NCBI GenBank assembly: GCA_020638495.1
Contig: JACKIN010000003.1
Span: forward strand, 127,997 to 191,996
Length of the DNA stretch: 64,000 nucleotides
Origin: Geminicoccaceae bacterium
GTDB taxonomy: Bacteria; Pseudomonadota; Alphaproteobacteria; Geminicoccales; Geminicoccaceae
Direction of reading: 5' to 3'
The translations under genes were made by a program, and so were the position numbers. The notes beneath the pieces are model-generated. The model was not told the DNA's origin. It worked only from the letters and a program-made list of their open reading frames with translations, and searched no databases. The stretch's first letter is position 1. Each line of letters starts with the position of its first letter. This document shows, piece by piece, positions 40,118 to 51,381 of this stretch.

Positions 40118-41034
40118 GCCGGCGACGTCACAAGGGCAAGCGCATCGACGGCTGGCTGATCATCGACAAGCCGTCCGGCATGACCTCGACCCACGTGGTC
40201 AATCGGGTCAAGCGCCTGACCGACGCCGCCAAGGCCGGCCATGGCGGCACGCTCGACCCGCTCGCCACGGGCGTTTTGCCGCTGGCCCTCGGCGAGGCGA
40301 CCAAGACCGTCATGTATGTCATGGATGCGCCCAAGCGCTACCGGTTCACGGTCCGCTTCGGTGCCGCGACCAACACCGACGACAGCGAGGGCGAGGTCAT
40401 CGGGACGTCCGGGGAGCGACCCACCGATGCCGCGATCGCCCTGGCCCTGAAGGCCTTCGAGGGCCGGATCATGCAGCGGCCGCCGGATTTCGCGGCGGTG
40501 AAGGTGGCGGGCGAGCGCGCCTACGACCTGGCGCGTCGCGGCGAGGCGCTCGACCTGCCGCCACGCGAGGTCCACTTCATCGAGCTCCGCATGATCGAGC
40601 GGCCCGACGTCGACCATGCCGTCTTCGAGGCCCGTTGCGGCAAGGGGGCCTATATCCGGGCCCTGGCGCGCGACCTCGGCCAGGCGCTGGGCTGCCTCGG
40701 CCACGTCACGGCGCTGCGCCGGCTCGAGGTGGGGGCGTTCACCGCGGACGCTGCAATCGATCTCGACACGCTTGTCGAAATCGTCCAAGATGATAGCCTA
40801 CCGCAAGCATTGGTTTCGGTTTCGACGGCGCTGGCCGACATCCCGGCGCTCGCCGTGACCGAGCCACAGGCGGCGCGGCTCCGCTCCGGTCACCCCATCC
40901 AGATCGTGCCCCGCCTCGTCGTCGGCGAGGTGGTGGAAGGTGGGACCATCCAGGCGGTCCGGGAGGGCGAGGTCGTCGCTCTCGGACGGCTGGTGGATGG
41001 CGAGCTGAGCCCGCTGCGCGTTTTCAACCGTTGA
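40114..41034 (+). CDS. truB: tRNA pseudouridine(55) synthase
   Basis: [17 protein letters not shown]...[25 protein letters not shown]. The start overlaps the rbfA stop. Confidence 0.92.
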   Translation: MSRRRHKGKRIDGWLIIDKPSGMTSTHVVNRVKRLTDAAKAGHGGTLDPLATGVLPLALGEATKTVMYVMDAPKRYRFTVRFGAATNTDDSEGEVIGTSGERPTDAAIALALKAFEGRIMQRPPDFAAVKVAGERAYDLARRGEALDLPPREVHFIELRMIERPDVDHAVFEARCGKGAYIRALARDLGQALGCLGHVTALRRLEVGAFTADAAIDLDTLVEIVQDDSLPQALVSVSTALADIPALAVTEPQAARLRSGHPIQIVPRLVVGEVVEGGTIQAVREGEVVALGRLVDGELSPLRVFNR

Positions 41035-41071
41035 GCAGGCCCCGCGCCTCGCCTTCCAGAAGGACCAGACG

Positions 41072-41341
41072 ATGTCGATCACGCAGGAGCGCAAGCTCGA
41101 GCTCATCAAGTCCTATGCCGTGAAGGACGGCGACACCGGCTCGCCGGAGGTGCAGTGCGCCATCCTCAGCGAGCGCATCGGCAACCTGACCGAGCACCTC
41201 AAGGCGCATCAGAAGGACTTCGCGTCGAGGCGCGGTCTTTTGATGATGGTCGGCCAGCGGCGCCGCCTGCTCGACTACCTGAACCGCAGCGACGGTGATC
41301 GCTACCGGCAGCTCATCGAGCGGCTCGGCCTGCGTCGTTGA
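41072..41341 (+). CDS. rpsO: 30S ribosomal protein S15
   Basis: 89 aa: [51 protein letters not shown]. Confidence 0.95.
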   Translation: MSITQERKLELIKSYAVKDGDTGSPEVQCAILSERIGNLTEHLKAHQKDFASRRGLLMMVGQRRRLLDYLNRSDGDRYRQLIERLGLRR

Positions 41342-41383
41342 ATGCAGGAACGGGCAGCCTCGACGGCCGCCATTGAAGACGGG

Positions 41384-41408
41384 CCGGTCCGATCTGGTGT
41401 CGGACCGG
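41384..41408 (+). promoter_or_regulatory. stem-loop in the rpsO-pnp intergenic leader (candidate RNase III/autoregulatory hairpin or rpsO attenuator)
   Basis: CCGGTCCGA-TCTGGTG-TCGGACCGG (9 bp), followed by GCCTGC-CGT-TGCAGGC. This is analogous to the processed hairpin known upstream of pnp in E. coli. Confidence 0.4.
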
Positions 41409-41444
41409 TCGCCTGCCGTTGCAGGCACATGAAAGGCTAAGTGA

Positions 41445-43640
41445 ATGTTCAAGACGACCATCAAGGAAATGGACTGGCACGGGCGCCGCTTGCGTCTGGA
41501 AAGCGGCCGCATCGCCCGCCAGGCCGATGGCGCCGTGCTGGCGCAGCTCGGCGAGACCGTCGTGCTCGCCACGGCCGTCGGCGCCAGGTCGATCAAGCCC
41601 GGCCAGGATTTCTTCCCGCTCACGGTCAACTACCAGGAGAAGGCGTTCGCCGCCGGCAAGATTCCTGGCGGCTTCTTCAAGCGCGAGGGGCGGCCGACCG
41701 AGAAGGAGACGCTGACCTCGCGGCTGATCGACCGCCCGATTCGCCCGCTCTTCCCGGCCGGCTTCAAGAACGAGACGCAGATCGTCGTCACCGTCCTCGC
41801 CCATGACGGCGAGAACGACCCCGACATGCTCGGCATGGTCGCCGCCAGCGCCGCGCTGACGATCAGCGGCCTGCCCTTCCTCGGCCCGATCGGCGCCTGC
41901 CGCGTCGGCCACATCAACGGCCAGTTCGTGGTCAACCCGACGATCGAGGAGCTCAAGGGGAGCGCTCTCGACCTCGTCGTGGCCGGCACGCGCGACGCGG
42001 TGATGATGGTGGAATCCGAGGCGAAGGAGCTGCCCGAGGCGACGATGCTCGATGCCGTGATGCACGGGCACCGGGCGTTCCAGCCGGTCATCGACCTGAT
42101 CATCGAGCTCGCCATGGCCTGCGCCAAGGAGCCCTGGTCGCTCGGCGAGTCGGGCGAGTCCGATCTTTTCGCCCGCCTGCAGGGCGAGTTCGAGGCGCCG
42201 CTGCGCGAGGCCTATGCGGAGCGTGTCAAGCAGACCCGCGTCGAGAAGGTCGGGCTCGTGAAGAAGGCGGCGGTCGAGGCCTTTGCCGCCAGCAGCGACG
42301 ACCCGAATGCGAAGCAGGTGGTTTCCGAGACCTTCAAGAAGCTCGAGAGCCACATCGTCCGCAACGGCATTCTCGACACCGGCGAGCGGATCGACGGCCG
42401 CGACCTGCGCACCGTCCGGCCGATCGTGGCCGAGGTGGGCGTGCTGCCGCGGGTGCACGGCTCGGCCCTCTTCACGCGCGGCGAGACCCAGGCCCTGGTG
42501 GTGGCGACGCTCGGCACCGGCCAGGACGAGCAGATGATCGACGCGCTCGAGGGCGACAGCCGGCAGCACTTCATGCTGCACTACAACTTCCCGCCCTACT
42601 CGGTGGGCGAGGCCGGCCGCATGGGCACGCCCGGCCGCCGCGAGATCGGCCACGGCAAGCTCGCCTGGCGCGCCACCCGCCCGCTCCTGCCGGCCAAGGA
42701 TGTCTTCCCCTACACCATCCGGGTCGTCTCCGAGGTCACCGAGTCGAACGGCTCGAGCTCGATGGCGACGGTCTGCGGCACGTCGCTCGCCCTGATGGAC
42801 GCCGGCGTGCCCCTGCCGCGGCCGGTCGCCGGCATCGCCATGGGCCTGATCAAGGAGGGCGAGCGTTTCGCGGTGCTCTCCGACATCCTCGGCGACGAGG
42901 ATCATCTGGGCGACATGGACTTCAAGGTGGCCGGCACGGAGGTCGGCGTGACCTCGCTGCAGATGGACATCAAGATCGCCGGGATCACCGAGGAGATCAT
43001 GCAGATCGCCCTCGACCAGGCGCGGGATGGTCGGATCCACATCCTCGGCGAGATGGCCGGCTGCATGGGCATGCCGCGGCCGGAGCTGCGCGATTCCGTG
43101 CCACGGATCACGACGCTCAACATCCCGACCGACAAGATCGGTGCCGTGATCGGCCCGGGCGGCAAGATGATCCGCGAGATCTGCGAGAGCACCGGCGCCA
43201 AGATCGACATCAACGACGAGGGCCTAGTCAAGGTCGCCTCCAGCGACGCCATGGCGGCGCAGCGGGCGGTGGACTGGATCCGCGGCCTGACGGCGAGCCC
43301 GGAGATCGGTCACGTCTATACCGGCAAGGTGATCAAGATCGTCGATTTCGGCGCCTTCATCTCCTTCCTCGGCAGCAAGGACGGCCTCTGCCACATCTCC
43401 GAGCTCGCCAACGAGCGCGTCGCCAGCGTCGGCGACGTGGTCAAGGAAGGCGATACGGTGAAGGTTCAGGTGCTGGCGGTCGACGATCGTGGCAAGATCA
43501 AGCTCAGCATGCGCTCGGTCGATCAGGAGACGGGCGACGTGATCGAGGTCGAGCGCAAGCCGCGCCCGGAACGGGAAGGTGGCGAGCGTGGTGGCCGCGG
43601 CGAGCGCGATGGCGGTCGCCGTCGCGAGCGGGCCGGCTGA
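41445..43640 (+). CDS. pnp: polyribonucleotide nucleotidyltransferase (PNPase)
   Basis: Two RNase PH domains, then KH and S1 ([31 protein letters not shown]), and an Arg/Gly/Glu-rich tail. Confidence 0.95.
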   Translation: MFKTTIKEMDWHGRRLRLESGRIARQADGAVLAQLGETVVLATAVGARSIKPGQDFFPLTVNYQEKAFAAGKIPGGFFKREGRPTEKETLTSRLIDRPIRPLFPAGFKNETQIVVTVLAHDGENDPDMLGMVAASAALTISGLPFLGPIGACRVGHINGQFVVNPTIEELKGSALDLVVAGTRDAVMMVESEAKELPEATMLDAVMHGHRAFQPVIDLIIELAMACAKEPWSLGESGESDLFARLQGEFEAPLREAYAERVKQTRVEKVGLVKKAAVEAFAASSDDPNAKQVVSETFKKLESHIVRNGILDTGERIDGRDLRTVRPIVAEVGVLPRVHGSALFTRGETQALVVATLGTGQDEQMIDALEGDSRQHFMLHYNFPPYSVGEAGRMGTPGRREIGHGKLAWRATRPLLPAKDVFPYTIRVVSEVTESNGSSSMATVCGTSLALMDAGVPLPRPVAGIAMGLIKEGERFAVLSDILGDEDHLGDMDFKVAGTEVGVTSLQMDIKIAGITEEIMQIALDQARDGRIHILGEMAGCMGMPRPELRDSVPRITTLNIPTDKIGAVIGPGGKMIREICESTGAKIDINDEGLVKVASSDAMAAQRAVDWIRGLTASPEIGHVYTGKVIKIVDFGAFISFLGSKDGLCHISELANERVASVGDVVKEGDTVKVQVLAVDDRGKIKLSMRSVDQETGDVIEVERKPRPEREGGERGGRGERDGGRRRERAG

Positions 43641-43681
43641 GCGGCCCGCCCCGCGCCGGCACAAGCAGCAGGGAGACCGGC

Positions 43682-45088
43682 ATGAGCTTCGTCAGTCCGC
43701 TCGTGGTGGCCGGACATGAAGTCTGGCCACTGGTCGAAGGTGGCAAGGGTGTGGCGGTCAGCAATGGCCGCAGCGCGGGCGCCTGGGCGGCGGCCGGCGG
43801 CGTCGGCACGTTCTCGGCGGTCAACGCCGACGTGCTCGACGCCAATGGCGACTACGTGCCGCTGGTCTTCAAGGGCCGCGACCGCCGCGAGCGGCACGAG
43901 GAGCTGATCGACTACTCGATCCGCGGTGCGGTCTGCCAGGCGCGCGTGGCGCACGAGACCCAGGGCGGCGAAGGCCGCCTGCACATGAACGTGCTCTGGG
44001 AGATGGGCGGCTGCGAGCGCGTGCTGCACGGCGTGCTGCAGCAGGCCAAGGGGCTGGTGCACGGCGTCACCTGCGGCGCCGGCATGCCCTACCGGCTGGG
44101 CGAGATCTGCGCCAGCTACGGCGTCCACTACTACCCGATCATCTCCTCGGCGCGGGCCTTCAACGCGCTCTGGAAGCGCGCCTACGGCAAGGTCGCCGAC
44201 TGGCTCGGTGCCGTGGTCTACGAGGACCCGTGGCGCGCCGGCGGCCACAACGGTCTCTCCAACAGCGAGGACCCGACGCGCCCCGAGGACCCCTACCCGC
44301 GCGTGCTCGAGCTCCGCAAGCTGATGCGCGGCATGGGTCTCGGCGACGTGCCGATCATCATGGCGGGCGGCGTCTGGCACCTGAAGGACTGGAAGAGCTG
44401 GATCGGCAACAAGGAGCTCGGTCCCATCGCCTTCCAGTTCGGCACGCGGCCGCTCCTGACCCAGGAGAGCCCGATCCCGAACGGCTGGAAGAAGCGGCTG
44501 CTCGGCCTCCTGCCCGACGACGTCCTGCTGCACCGCTTCAGCCCGACCGGGTTCTATTCCTCGGCGGTGAAGAACCGCTTCCTCGAGGAGCTGGTCGAGC
44601 GCTCCGATCGCCAGGTGGCGATCAGCGACGAGGCCGATCCGGCGAGCGAGCGCACGGCGTTCTTCGCCTATGGCCGGGGCGGGCGCGGCGTCTATGTGAC
44701 CGAGGCCGATCTGCTGCGCATCCAGGGCTGGCTGTCCCAGGGCTACAGCCAGCCGATGCGCACGCCGGACAGCACGCTGATCTTCGTGACGCCCGAGGGT
44801 GCCCGCCAGATCCGGCGCGACCAGGCCGACTGCATGGGCTGCCTCAGCCACTGCGCCTTCAGCAACTGGAAGGACCGGGACGACTTCTCCACCCACCGCC
44901 CGGTGGACCCGCGCTCCTTCTGCATCCAGAAGACCCTGCAGGACATCGCGCATGGTCGCGGCGAGCACGAGGACCAGCTCATGTTCGCCGGGCACAACGT
45001 CTACAAGTTCCGGGAAGACCCCTTCTACGCCAACGGCTTCGTGCCGACCGTGCGGCAATTGGTGCAGCGCATCCTGACTGGCCACTGA
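43682..45088 (+). CDS. nitronate monooxygenase (NMO/2-nitropropane dioxygenase)-family flavin oxidoreductase, long 468-aa form
   Basis: TIM-barrel NMO-like motifs (GVTCGAGMP, PIIMAGGVW, EDPWRAGGHNG). The assignment is from memory of the family. Confidence 0.75.
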   Translation: MSFVSPLVVAGHEVWPLVEGGKGVAVSNGRSAGAWAAAGGVGTFSAVNADVLDANGDYVPLVFKGRDRRERHEELIDYSIRGAVCQARVAHETQGGEGRLHMNVLWEMGGCERVLHGVLQQAKGLVHGVTCGAGMPYRLGEICASYGVHYYPIISSARAFNALWKRAYGKVADWLGAVVYEDPWRAGGHNGLSNSEDPTRPEDPYPRVLELRKLMRGMGLGDVPIIMAGGVWHLKDWKSWIGNKELGPIAFQFGTRPLLTQESPIPNGWKKRLLGLLPDDVLLHRFSPTGFYSSAVKNRFLEELVERSDRQVAISDEADPASERTAFFAYGRGGRGVYVTEADLLRIQGWLSQGYSQPMRTPDSTLIFVTPEGARQIRRDQADCMGCLSHCAFSNWKDRDDFSTHRPVDPRSFCIQKTLQDIAHGRGEHEDQLMFAGHNVYKFREDPFYANGFVPTVRQLVQRILTGH

Positions 45089-45173
45089 TGCCGGCCGCTT
45101 GACCGGCCACGCATAACGGACCAGATAAGTCCGGTATGGGAATTGAAGCGCCAGAGGACGTGGGTTTCGACCG

Positions 45174-45605
45174 ATGAGATCTTACGCGGAAGCGATGCGG
45201 CGTTTGAAGGACTCGGGCTTGCGGCCGACCCGGCAGCGCCTGTCCCTGCTCGGCATGCTGATCGAGACCGCCCCTCGGCACGTGACCGCCGAAGAGCTGT
45301 TCCAGGAGGCCCGGCAGGCAGGGATCCCGGTTTCGCTCGCGACGGTCTACAACACGCTCAACCAGTTCACCCAGGCGGGCCTCATGGGCGAGGTCGTGGT
45401 CGGCTCGGGCCAGTCCTATTTCGACACCGACCCCAGCTCGCATGTCCATTATTTCGACAAGTCGACGGGCGAGATCTACGACATTCCGCGCGACGTGGTG
45501 ACGATCACCGACCTGCCCGAGCCGCCGCCGGGCAAGGTCATCGACCGGGTCGACGTCGTGGTGCGGATCAAGAACGTGTGCAAGGCCGACGCCCCCGGCG
45601 ACTGA
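45174..45605 (+). CDS. irr: Fur-family iron response regulator Irr
   Basis: GLRPTRQRLSLLGML...HVTAEELFQEA...PVSLATVYNTLNQFTQAGL...YFDTDPSSHVHYF parallels Bradyrhizobium Irr. It has an HxH-type motif and lacks the Fur CxxC zinc sites. Confidence 0.85.
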   Translation: MRSYAEAMRRLKDSGLRPTRQRLSLLGMLIETAPRHVTAEELFQEARQAGIPVSLATVYNTLNQFTQAGLMGEVVVGSGQSYFDTDPSSHVHYFDKSTGEIYDIPRDVVTITDLPEPPPGKVIDRVDVVVRIKNVCKADAPGD

Positions 45606-45734
45606 GCCACCGCTCCGGCCCGTCCCTCGGGCCTGTCCTGTTTCCGCCTGCCTGCCCTGGTCATTTGACCATCACGCTTGCATGGTCGAAAGCGCCCGGT
45701 GCATGATCCCCCGACAGGGAGAAGGAGCGGAACG

Positions 45735-47054
45735 ATGCGAACCAGGAACTTGCTTGCAGTGATGGCCGCCATGGCGCTGGCCGGCACGAGCACCACGGCG
45801 ATGGCGGCGACGCAGATCCAGTGGTGGCATGCCATGGGCGGGGCCAATGGCGAGCGGGTCGAGAAGATCGCCGCCGATTTCAACGCCAGCCAGGACGCGT
45901 ACGAGGTCATCCCGACCTTCAAGGGCTCGTATGCCGAGACCATGACGGCCGCGATCGCCGCCTTCCGGGCGCAGGAGCAGCCGCACATCGTCCAGGTGTT
46001 CGAGGTCGGCACCGCGACCATGATGGGCGCCAAGGGCGCCATCTACCCGGTCTACCAGCTCATGGCCGATGCCGGCGAGCCATTCGATCCGGACGCCTTC
46101 CTGCCGGCCGTCGCCGGCTACTACACGACCACCGACGGCGAGATGCTGTCGATGCCGTTCAACAGCTCGACGCCAGTCTTCTGGTACAACAAGGACGCCT
46201 TCGAGAAGGCGGGTCTGGATCCGGAAGCGCCGCCCGCCACCTGGCCCGAGTTCGAGGAGGCCGCCAAGGCGCTGCAGGCCGCCGGCTATCCCTGCGGCTT
46301 CACGACGGCCTGGGAGAGCTGGATCCACGTCGAGAATTTCTCGGCCTGGCACAACCTGCCGATCGGCACGCTCTCGAACGGCTTCGGCGGGCTGGATACC
46401 GAGCTCGTGGTCAACCAGACGCCGGTGGTCGATCATATCGCCAAGATGGGCGAGTGGCAGAAGTCGAAGATCTTCGACTATGGCGGCCGCACCAACCAGG
46501 CCGCACCCAAGTTCTACAACCAGGAATGCGCCGTCTACACCGAGAGCTCGGCCGGCTACGCGGGCATCAAGGCCAACGTCAAGGATTTCGAGTTCGGCAT
46601 CGGCATGCTGCCCTACTGGCCGGACATCGAGGGAGCCCCGCAGAACTCGATCATCGGGGGCGCCTCGCTCTGGGTGCTGCAGGGCCATGACGCGGCAGAG
46701 TACGAGGGCGTGGCGAAGTTCTTCACCTACCTCTCCTCGCCCGAGGTCCAGGCCTGGTACCACCAGGAGACGGGCTACCTGCCGATCACCACGGCGGCCT
46801 ACGAGCTGAGCCAGGAGCAAGGGTTCTACGAGCGGAACCCCGGCGCCGACGTCGCCATCCGGCAGATCACGCTGAACCCGCCGACCGAGAACTCGAAGGG
46901 TCTGCGCTTCGGCAACTTCGTGCAGATCCGCGACATCGTCGCCGAGGAGCTTGAGCGGGTCTGGGCCGGCGACGCGACGGCGCAGGAGGCGCTCGACGAG
47001 GTGGTCAGGCGCGGCAACGAGCTGCTGCGCCAGTTCCAGCAGCAGCAGGGCTGA
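45735..47054 (+). CDS. ugpB: sn-glycerol-3-phosphate ABC transporter substrate-binding protein
   Basis: Near-colinear with E. coli UgpB: [86 protein letters not shown]. Signal peptide [34 protein letters not shown] lies before the ATG. Confidence 0.92.
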   Translation: MRTRNLLAVMAAMALAGTSTTAMAATQIQWWHAMGGANGERVEKIAADFNASQDAYEVIPTFKGSYAETMTAAIAAFRAQEQPHIVQVFEVGTATMMGAKGAIYPVYQLMADAGEPFDPDAFLPAVAGYYTTTDGEMLSMPFNSSTPVFWYNKDAFEKAGLDPEAPPATWPEFEEAAKALQAAGYPCGFTTAWESWIHVENFSAWHNLPIGTLSNGFGGLDTELVVNQTPVVDHIAKMGEWQKSKIFDYGGRTNQAAPKFYNQECAVYTESSAGYAGIKANVKDFEFGIGMLPYWPDIEGAPQNSIIGGASLWVLQGHDAAEYEGVAKFFTYLSSPEVQAWYHQETGYLPITTAAYELSQEQGFYERNPGADVAIRQITLNPPTENSKGLRFGNFVQIRDIVAEELERVWAGDATAQEALDEVVRRGNELLRQFQQQQG

Positions 47055-47063
47055 GCGATCCGA

Positions 47064-47095
47064 CGGTCGAGGAGCGCGCCGGCGCTCCTCGACCG
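47064..47095 (+). promoter_or_regulatory. intercistronic 14-bp perfect hairpin between ugpB and ugpA
   Basis: CGGTCGAGGAGCGC-GCCG-GCGCTCCTCGACCG with no U-tract. Likely a 3' stabiliser or partial attenuator that favours excess binding protein. Confidence 0.5.
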
Positions 47096-47109
47096 CGGTT
47101 GCCCCGCGC

Positions 47110-47994
47110 ATGGAGAAGCGCGTCGTCTTTCGTCATCGCTGGCTGCCTTATGCGCTGCTGGCGCCACAGCTCGCGATCACCCTCGTCTTCTTCATCTGGC
47201 CGGCGGCCCAGGCGCTCTGGCAGTCGATGCTGGTGCAGGACGCCTTCGGGCTCTCCGTGCGCTTCGTCTGGTTCGACAACTTCACCTATCTCTTCGGCAA
47301 TCGCGAGTACCTGCACTCGATCCGGGTGACGGCGGTCTTCAGCCTCGGCGTGGCGCTGCTCGGCCTCGTCGTGGCCCTGCTCCTCGCCGCCATGGCCGAT
47401 CACGCGATCCGCGGCGCCGTCGTCTACAAGACGCTCTTGATCTGGCCCTACGCCGTGGCCCCGGCGATCGCCGGCGTGCTCTGGCTCTTCCTCTTCAACC
47501 CTTCGGTCGGCATCGTCGCCTGGTGGCTGCAGGGGATCGGCATCGACTGGAACCACAAGATCAGCGGCAACCAGGCCATGCTGCTGGTCATCATCGCCGC
47601 CGCCTGGAAGCAGGTCTCCTACAACTTCCTCTTCTTCCTGGCCGGCATGCAGGCGATCCCGAGATCGCTGATCGAGGCGGCGGCGATCGACTGCGCCGGG
47701 CCGGGCAAGCGCTTCTTCACGATCGTCTTCCCGCTGCTGTCGCCGACGACGTTCTTCCTGATCGTCGTCAACATCGTCTACGCCTTCTTCGACACCTTCG
47801 GGATCATCCACGCCGTCACCCGCGGCGGGCCGGCCCAGGCCACCAACATCATGGTCTACAAGGTCTTCAGCGACGGCTTCATCGGCCTCAACCTCGGCAG
47901 CTCGGCGGCGCAGTCGGTGGTGCTGATGGCGATCGTCGTCACCCTCACCGTCGTCCAGTTCCGCTTCGTCGAGCGCCGGGTGCAGTACGGCTGA
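47110..47994 (+). CDS. ugpA: sn-glycerol-3-phosphate ABC transporter permease
   Basis: MalF/UgpA-type permease with the EAA loop ([24 protein letters not shown]). Confidence 0.9.
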   Translation: MEKRVVFRHRWLPYALLAPQLAITLVFFIWPAAQALWQSMLVQDAFGLSVRFVWFDNFTYLFGNREYLHSIRVTAVFSLGVALLGLVVALLLAAMADHAIRGAVVYKTLLIWPYAVAPAIAGVLWLFLFNPSVGIVAWWLQGIGIDWNHKISGNQAMLLVIIAAAWKQVSYNFLFFLAGMQAIPRSLIEAAAIDCAGPGKRFFTIVFPLLSPTTFFLIVVNIVYAFFDTFGIIHAVTRGGPAQATNIMVYKVFSDGFIGLNLGSSAAQSVVLMAIVVTLTVVQFRFVERRVQYG

Positions 47995-48842
47995 TGGTCC
48001 AGAACCGCCCGTTCTTCACCGTCCTCGTCCACCTGACGCTGATCCTGGGCGTGCTCGTCGTGGCGCTGCCGATCTACGTCACCTTCATCGCCTCGACCCA
48101 GGCGCCGTCAGATGTGCTCAGGGCCCCGATTCCCATGACAATGGGGGACCGGCTGGTCGAGAACTACTCGGGCGTGCTCGGCCGGGGCAGCATGCAGGCG
48201 AGCTCCGGCCCGGTGGCGCCGATGATGCTCAACTCGCTGATCATGGCGCTCGGCATCGCCATCGGCAAGATCGCGATCTCGCTGCTCTCGGCCTTCGCCA
48301 TCGTCTACTTCCGCTTCCCCGGGCGGATGCTCGCCTTCTGGACCATCTTCATCACCCTGATGCTGCCGGTCGAGGTGCGCATCCTGCCGACCTACGAGGT
48401 CATGGCGACGCTCGGCCTGCTCAATTCCTACACCGGCCTGATCGTGCCGCTGATCGCCTCGGCGACGGCGACCTTCCTCTTCCGCCAGTTCTTCATGACC
48501 GTGCCGGACGAGCTGGTGGAGGCGGCCAGGGTCGATGCGGCGGGCCCGCTCCGGTTCTTCTGGGACATCCTCCTGCCGCTCTCCCGGACCAACATCGCCG
48601 CCCTCTTCGTCATCCTCTTCATCTACGGCTGGAACCAGTATCTCTGGCCGCTGCTGATCACCACCGACCAGAGCATGTACACGATCGTCATGGCGATCCA
48701 GCGCATGGTGGTGGCGGCCGACAACGAGCCCGAGTGGCATTTCATCACCGCCGTCGCGATCCTGGCGCTGATCCCGCCGGTCGTCGTCGTGGTTCTCATG
48801 CAGCGGCTCTTCGTCAAGGGCCTGGTGGAGACCGAGAAGTAG
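47994..48842 (+). CDS. ugpE: sn-glycerol-3-phosphate ABC transporter permease
   Basis: EAA loop [24 protein letters not shown]. The ATG overlaps the ugpA stop by 1 nt. Confidence 0.9.
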   Translation: MVQNRPFFTVLVHLTLILGVLVVALPIYVTFIASTQAPSDVLRAPIPMTMGDRLVENYSGVLGRGSMQASSGPVAPMMLNSLIMALGIAIGKIAISLLSAFAIVYFRFPGRMLAFWTIFITLMLPVEVRILPTYEVMATLGLLNSYTGLIVPLIASATATFLFRQFFMTVPDELVEAARVDAAGPLRFFWDILLPLSRTNIAALFVILFIYGWNQYLWPLLITTDQSMYTIVMAIQRMVVAADNEPEWHFITAVAILALIPPVVVVVLMQRLFVKGLVETEK

Positions 48843-48843
48843 C

Positions 48844-49938
48844 ATGGCCGAGGTCGTCGTCAGCGGGATCGTCAAGTCGTTCGGCAAGGTCGCCGTGCTG
48901 AAGGAGGTCTCGGTGGCGATCGCCGACGGCGAGATGCTGGTCGTGCTCGGCCCCTCGGGCTGCGGCAAGTCCACGCTCCTGCGGATCATCGCCGGGCTCG
49001 AGACCGCCAGCGCCGGCGACGTCATGATCGGCGGCCGGCGGGTCAACGATCTCGAGCCCGCCGAGCGCGACATCGCCATGGTCTTCCAGAACTACGCGCT
49101 CTACCCGCATATGACCGTCCGCCAGAACATGGCCTACGGCCTGAAGAACCTCGGCACGGCGAAGGCCGTCATCGAAAAGCGCGTGGCCGAGGCGGCGCAG
49201 ATCCTGGGGCTCGCCGAGCTGCTCGACCGGAAGCCCCGCCAGCTCTCGGGCGGCCAGCGCCAGCGGGTCGCCATGGGCCGGGCGATCGTCCGCGAGCCCG
49301 AGGCGTTCCTCTTCGACGAGCCGCTCTCCAATCTCGACGCCAAGCTCCGGGTGCAGATGCGCCACGAGATCAAGCAGCTGCAGCGCCGGCTCGGCACGAC
49401 CGGCATCTTCGTCACCCACGACCAGGTCGAGGCCATGACGCTCGGCGACCGGCTCCTCGTGCTGAACCAGGGCGTGGTCGAGCAGGTCGACACCCCCATC
49501 GAGGTCTACGCGCGGCCGGCGAGCCTGTTCGTCGCCGGCTTCATCGGCTCGCCCGCGATGAACGTGCTCGACGGCACGATCGACGGCGACGGCACCACCG
49601 TGACCTGCGGCGGGGCGCGCCTGCGCCTGGAGCACGAGCTGCCGGGCGAGGCCGGGCGCGAGGTTCGGGTCGGCATTCGCCCGGAGCATCTGGCGCCAAT
49701 TGCTGCGGGCGCGCCATCGCCGGATGCCGGGCTCGACGTGGAGGTGGAATGGGTCGAGCTCCTGGGTGCCGATACAGTGGCGCACGGCCGGCTGGCCGAC
49801 GGCCAGGCGCTGGCCCTTCGCCGGCCCGGCGACCGGCCGGTGGCGGCCGGCGAGCGCTTTCATCTGACCCCGGCCCCAGCCCATCTCCATCTCTTCGACC
49901 CGGCGACCGGCCGTCGAATCGACAAGGGCCGGCGTTAA
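48844..49938 (+). CDS. ugpC: sn-glycerol-3-phosphate ABC transporter ATP-binding protein
   Basis: Walker [10 protein letters not shown], signature [10 protein letters not shown], Walker [12 protein letters not shown], and a MalK-like C-terminal domain. Confidence 0.9.
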   Translation: MAEVVVSGIVKSFGKVAVLKEVSVAIADGEMLVVLGPSGCGKSTLLRIIAGLETASAGDVMIGGRRVNDLEPAERDIAMVFQNYALYPHMTVRQNMAYGLKNLGTAKAVIEKRVAEAAQILGLAELLDRKPRQLSGGQRQRVAMGRAIVREPEAFLFDEPLSNLDAKLRVQMRHEIKQLQRRLGTTGIFVTHDQVEAMTLGDRLLVLNQGVVEQVDTPIEVYARPASLFVAGFIGSPAMNVLDGTIDGDGTTVTCGGARLRLEHELPGEAGREVRVGIRPEHLAPIAAGAPSPDAGLDVEVEWVELLGADTVAHGRLADGQALALRRPGDRPVAAGERFHLTPAPAHLHLFDPATGRRIDKGRR

Positions 49939-50013
49939 CGGCCTCGCAACCATGCCTCGTGCATAGTCGGCGCCACCGATACGACAACGCCGTCATGGAG
50001 CGAAGAGAGGCCG

Positions 50014-51381
50014 ATGCGTTCGTCCGCCCCGACCAGCAGCTCGGCCGCCGAGCCAGCGGGTTCCCCCGTCTCGTCGGCGGCACCGGGCGGCCCGTCGCGG
50101 CGGATGCTCGTTGCCGTGGGACTCTATCTGGCCTTCAGCCTTGTCCTCCTCGGCGGCGTCGCGACCTGGGTGCTGCAGCTCCGCTTCGCCGAGCGCGACG
50201 CCCGCCTGAGCGAGCTGCAGCAGGAGCTGGACGCCCGCACGGCGGACCATGGGCGTGAGCGCCAGGACCTCGAATCGACCATCGCGGGGCTCCGGCACGA
50301 GCTGCGCAGCGACCGGGATCGCCTCGCAGACATGGCGGACGAGAATGTGGCTCTGGCTGCCGCGAGCCGCCGGCAGGCTGCAGCGCTCGCGGCACTCTCG
50401 GACGAAGCCGAGCTGGCCCGCCAGCGCGCCAGCCTCCTCGATCTGGATGCCCGCGAGACGGCGCTCTGGCTCGAGACCGCGCAACGCGAGCGCATGGCGC
50501 TCGAGCGCGAAAGGGCGGCGCTGCAGGCGCGATTCGACGCGCTGGCCATGGAGCGCGACACCGCCCGCCGGCAGGAGGAGGGCCTGCGCCGGCGTTTCGG
50601 CGAGCTGGAGCAGCATCTCGCGTCGCTCTCCGGCGAGTACGCCCTGGCCGCCAGCCAGATGCAGGACCGGATCAGGGACAAGCTCGACGCCATCGAGCGG
50701 GTGGTCGGCCGGACCGGGATCGATCCGCAGGCGCTCCTGGCCCGGGCTCATGATGCCGCGGACGACGGCCAGGGCGGGCCGCTGCTCGGCCTCGACGAGC
50801 TGCAGCCGTCATCCGGCGGCGATCACGCCATTTTGGGCTTCGATGCGGCGCGCGCCGGCCCGGCGGCCAGAGCACCCGCCGCCTCCTTCACCAACGCCTT
50901 CGCAAGCGAGCTCGCCGACGAGCTCCTGCGGCTCGACGCGGTGCCGCGCCTGCTCGAGGCGTTGCCGCTCGACGCACCGCTGGCGGACTATCGGATCTCG
51001 AGCCCTTTCGGTGTCAGGACCGACCCGATCACCGGCCGGCGCGCCAGGCATGCCGGCCTCGACTTTGGCGCCGCCTCGAACAGCGCCGTCGCCGCCACGG
51101 CACCTGGCCGCGTGGTCGCGGCAGGCTGGCGTGGCGGCTATGGCAAGCTCGTCGAGATCGACCACGGTCTCGGCTTCACGACCCGCTATGCCCATCTCTC
51201 GCGGACGCTGGTCGCGGTCGGCGACCGGGTCGCCCCGGGCGACCCGGTCGGCATCATCGGCAGCACCGGCCGGAGCACCGGGCGGCACCTGCATTACGAG
51301 ATCCGCCTGGACGGTCGCCCCCTCGACCCGGTCGGCTTCCTCGCGGCCGGCCGCGACCTGCCCGGCATTCTGGACGGCTGA
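50014..51381 (+). CDS. membrane-anchored M23 (LytM-domain) peptidase with a long coiled-coil
   Basis: A TM segment (LVAVGLYLAFSLVLLGGVATWVL), about 200 aa of heptad-like Ala/Arg/Glu/Leu sequence, then the M23 motifs RHAGLDFGA...GKLVEIDHGLGFTTRYAHL...GSTGRSTGRHLHYEI. Confidence 0.85.
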   Translation: MRSSAPTSSSAAEPAGSPVSSAAPGGPSRRMLVAVGLYLAFSLVLLGGVATWVLQLRFAERDARLSELQQELDARTADHGRERQDLESTIAGLRHELRSDRDRLADMADENVALAAASRRQAAALAALSDEAELARQRASLLDLDARETALWLETAQRERMALERERAALQARFDALAMERDTARRQEEGLRRRFGELEQHLASLSGEYALAASQMQDRIRDKLDAIERVVGRTGIDPQALLARAHDAADDGQGGPLLGLDELQPSSGGDHAILGFDAARAGPAARAPAASFTNAFASELADELLRLDAVPRLLEALPLDAPLADYRISSPFGVRTDPITGRRARHAGLDFGAASNSAVAATAPGRVVAAGWRGGYGKLVEIDHGLGFTTRYAHLSRTLVAVGDRVAPGDPVGIIGSTGRSTGRHLHYEIRLDGRPLDPVGFLAAGRDLPGILDG

